Shown: positions 62,450 to 64,000 of the stretch, in pieces | How positions within the stretch are numbered: position 1 is the stretch's first letter | Layout: every line of letters begins with the position of its first letter | Assembly: GCA_973895155.1 (NCBI GenBank) | Contig: OZ316897.1 | Span: 21,799,455 to 21,863,454, forward strand | DNA length: 64,000 nt | Direction of reading: 5' to 3' | From: Marsupella aquatica | Lineage: Eukaryota; Plantae; Marchantiophyta | Notes under the pieces: model-generated | What the model saw: the letters and a program-made list of their open reading frames with translations, nothing else | Database searches by the model: none | What the model was told of the DNA's origin: nothing | Made by a program: the position numbers and the translations under genes

Positions 62450-63851
62450 TGTATTTTATAGGCTAGGCTATCTTACTAATAATTTGCAAAGCTACTTAAG
62501 GCCTATGGTCTAGAGTTAGCAACTCCCAATAAAGACAAAACTGATAATGAGTCTTTAATAATCACACAACTTAAAAAATGAAGATAAACAAAAAAACAGT
62601 ATGGGGGAGGGTGAACAAAGAACTATATGGGCAAAGATGAACCCAAATTAAAGCATACTTAGAATTGTTTCCGTGCAAGCTCTTTCTTTCTACATATCTC
62701 TACTTTCAAGGAACCTTGGGTAAGAGGCCTAGTTAGTGTAACTTACTACAGGTGGACACTTTATCTAATGGAAAGTTTGTTTGGTACTCACACAAGTCTT
62801 CTTGCAGAAACGGCATGCTGTGTCGGCCGACTTACTTAATGGTGTTCAGGAAGTTGGACGAGAGTTTTCAAGTTACTTAGAGAAGTGAAGCTCCGGATAA
62901 GTTAAACAGCGCTTCTACATACAGGTTTGTTGTCTCCTGACATCAAGTTCTTCCTGCTTTTTGTGTGGTCCCTAACATGATTATTGAACCCTAAACTCCT
63001 TGCTATTTTCTAATATAATTTTTGGTTATTTAATTTGGCATTTACTTTGTTGCGGTCCTTTTAAGACGGTTTAGTTTGCTTCGAATCCGGACCAATTCCA
63101 AATCATAGCCATGTCTGAATTGCTTTTTGTCATTACAATTTTGAATTGCAACAAAGATCCTCACTTCATAAACAACATGAAATTAGATTGACACCTGAAA
63201 TAAACTTAAGTGAGTCACAATTTTATGTGAAATGTATTTTATAGGCTAAGCTATCTTACTAATAATTTGCAAAGCTACTTAAGGCCTATGGTCTAGAGTT
63301 GGCAACTCCCAATAAAGACAAAACTGATAATGAGTCTTTAATAATCACACAACTTAAAAAATGAAAAAAAAAGTATGGGGGAGGGTGGACAAAGAACTAG
63401 ATTGGCAAAGATGAACCCAAATTAAAGCATACTTAATTAGAATTGTTTCCGTGTTAGTGTAACTTACTAGAGGTTTAAAGTTTGTTTGGTACTCACACAA
63501 GTCTTCTTGCAGAAAGGGCATGGTGTGTCGGCTGACTTACTTAATGGTGTTCGGGAAGTTGGACGTGAGTTTTCAAGTTACCTAGAGAAGAGAAGCTCCG
63601 GATAAGTTAAACAGCGCTTCTACATACAGGTTTGCTGTCTCCTGACATCAAGTTCTAGCTTCCTGCTTTTTGTGTGGTCCCTAACATGATAATTGAACCC
63701 TAATTTTTGGTTATTTAATTTGGCATTTACTCTGTTGTGGTCCTTTTAAGACGGTTTAGTGTGCTTTGAATCCAGACCAACTCCAAATCATAGCCATGTT
63801 TGAATTGCTTTTTGTCATTACAATTTTGAATTGCAACAAAGATCCTCACTT
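62450..63851 (+). repeat. Tandem duplication (~0.6-0.7 kb x2)
   Basis: atgtattttataggcta...gatcctcactt at ~62450-63166 and ~63232-63851, with several indels between copies. Confidence 0.9.
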
Positions 63852-64000
63852 TGGAAAGAACATGAAGTAATCATTATATAATAAATATACAATATGTAGC
63901 TAGCTAGGCCGACCATGATAGAGTAGGTGGTAAGGGACTGAAGAGTGTAAGCAGTAGATAGGGATCGACTGTGATGGAGGTGTTCACGCCCCACACCCGG

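Overview
This is eukaryotic nuclear DNA from a land plant; GT-AG introns, a plastid-targeted IF2 and the TE content suggest a bryophyte, which is an inference. The left ~14 kb is genic: a 12-exon chloroplast translation initiation factor IF2 gene (minus strand), a small Cys-rich secreted protein and an orphan ORF. Positions 14535-49083 form one ~34.5-kb DNA transposon bounded by 32-bp TIRs (TAC...GTA) and a perfect 6-bp TSD (GGCATA). It encodes a decayed, intron-containing IS3EU-type DDE transposase. Directly upstream on the same strand are a TET/JBP-like 2OG-Fe(II) dioxygenase, an EDM2-like composite PHD-finger region and a ~375-bp tandem array. This is a candidate TE-borne epigenetic reader/eraser (anti-silencing) module and the main finding. 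The element has been hit by nested insertions: two 8-bp-TSD MITEs, a 9-bp-TSD MULE, and two inverted LTR-like units with an ATHILA-ORF1-like gene. To the right are a pogo-like (DDE_1) TA-TSD transposon carrying an intact BRCT-domain ORF and a nested 4-bp-TSD element, the last two exons of a Ran GTPase gene, and several tandem repeats. All protein family calls come from motif recognition by eye; no searches were run.
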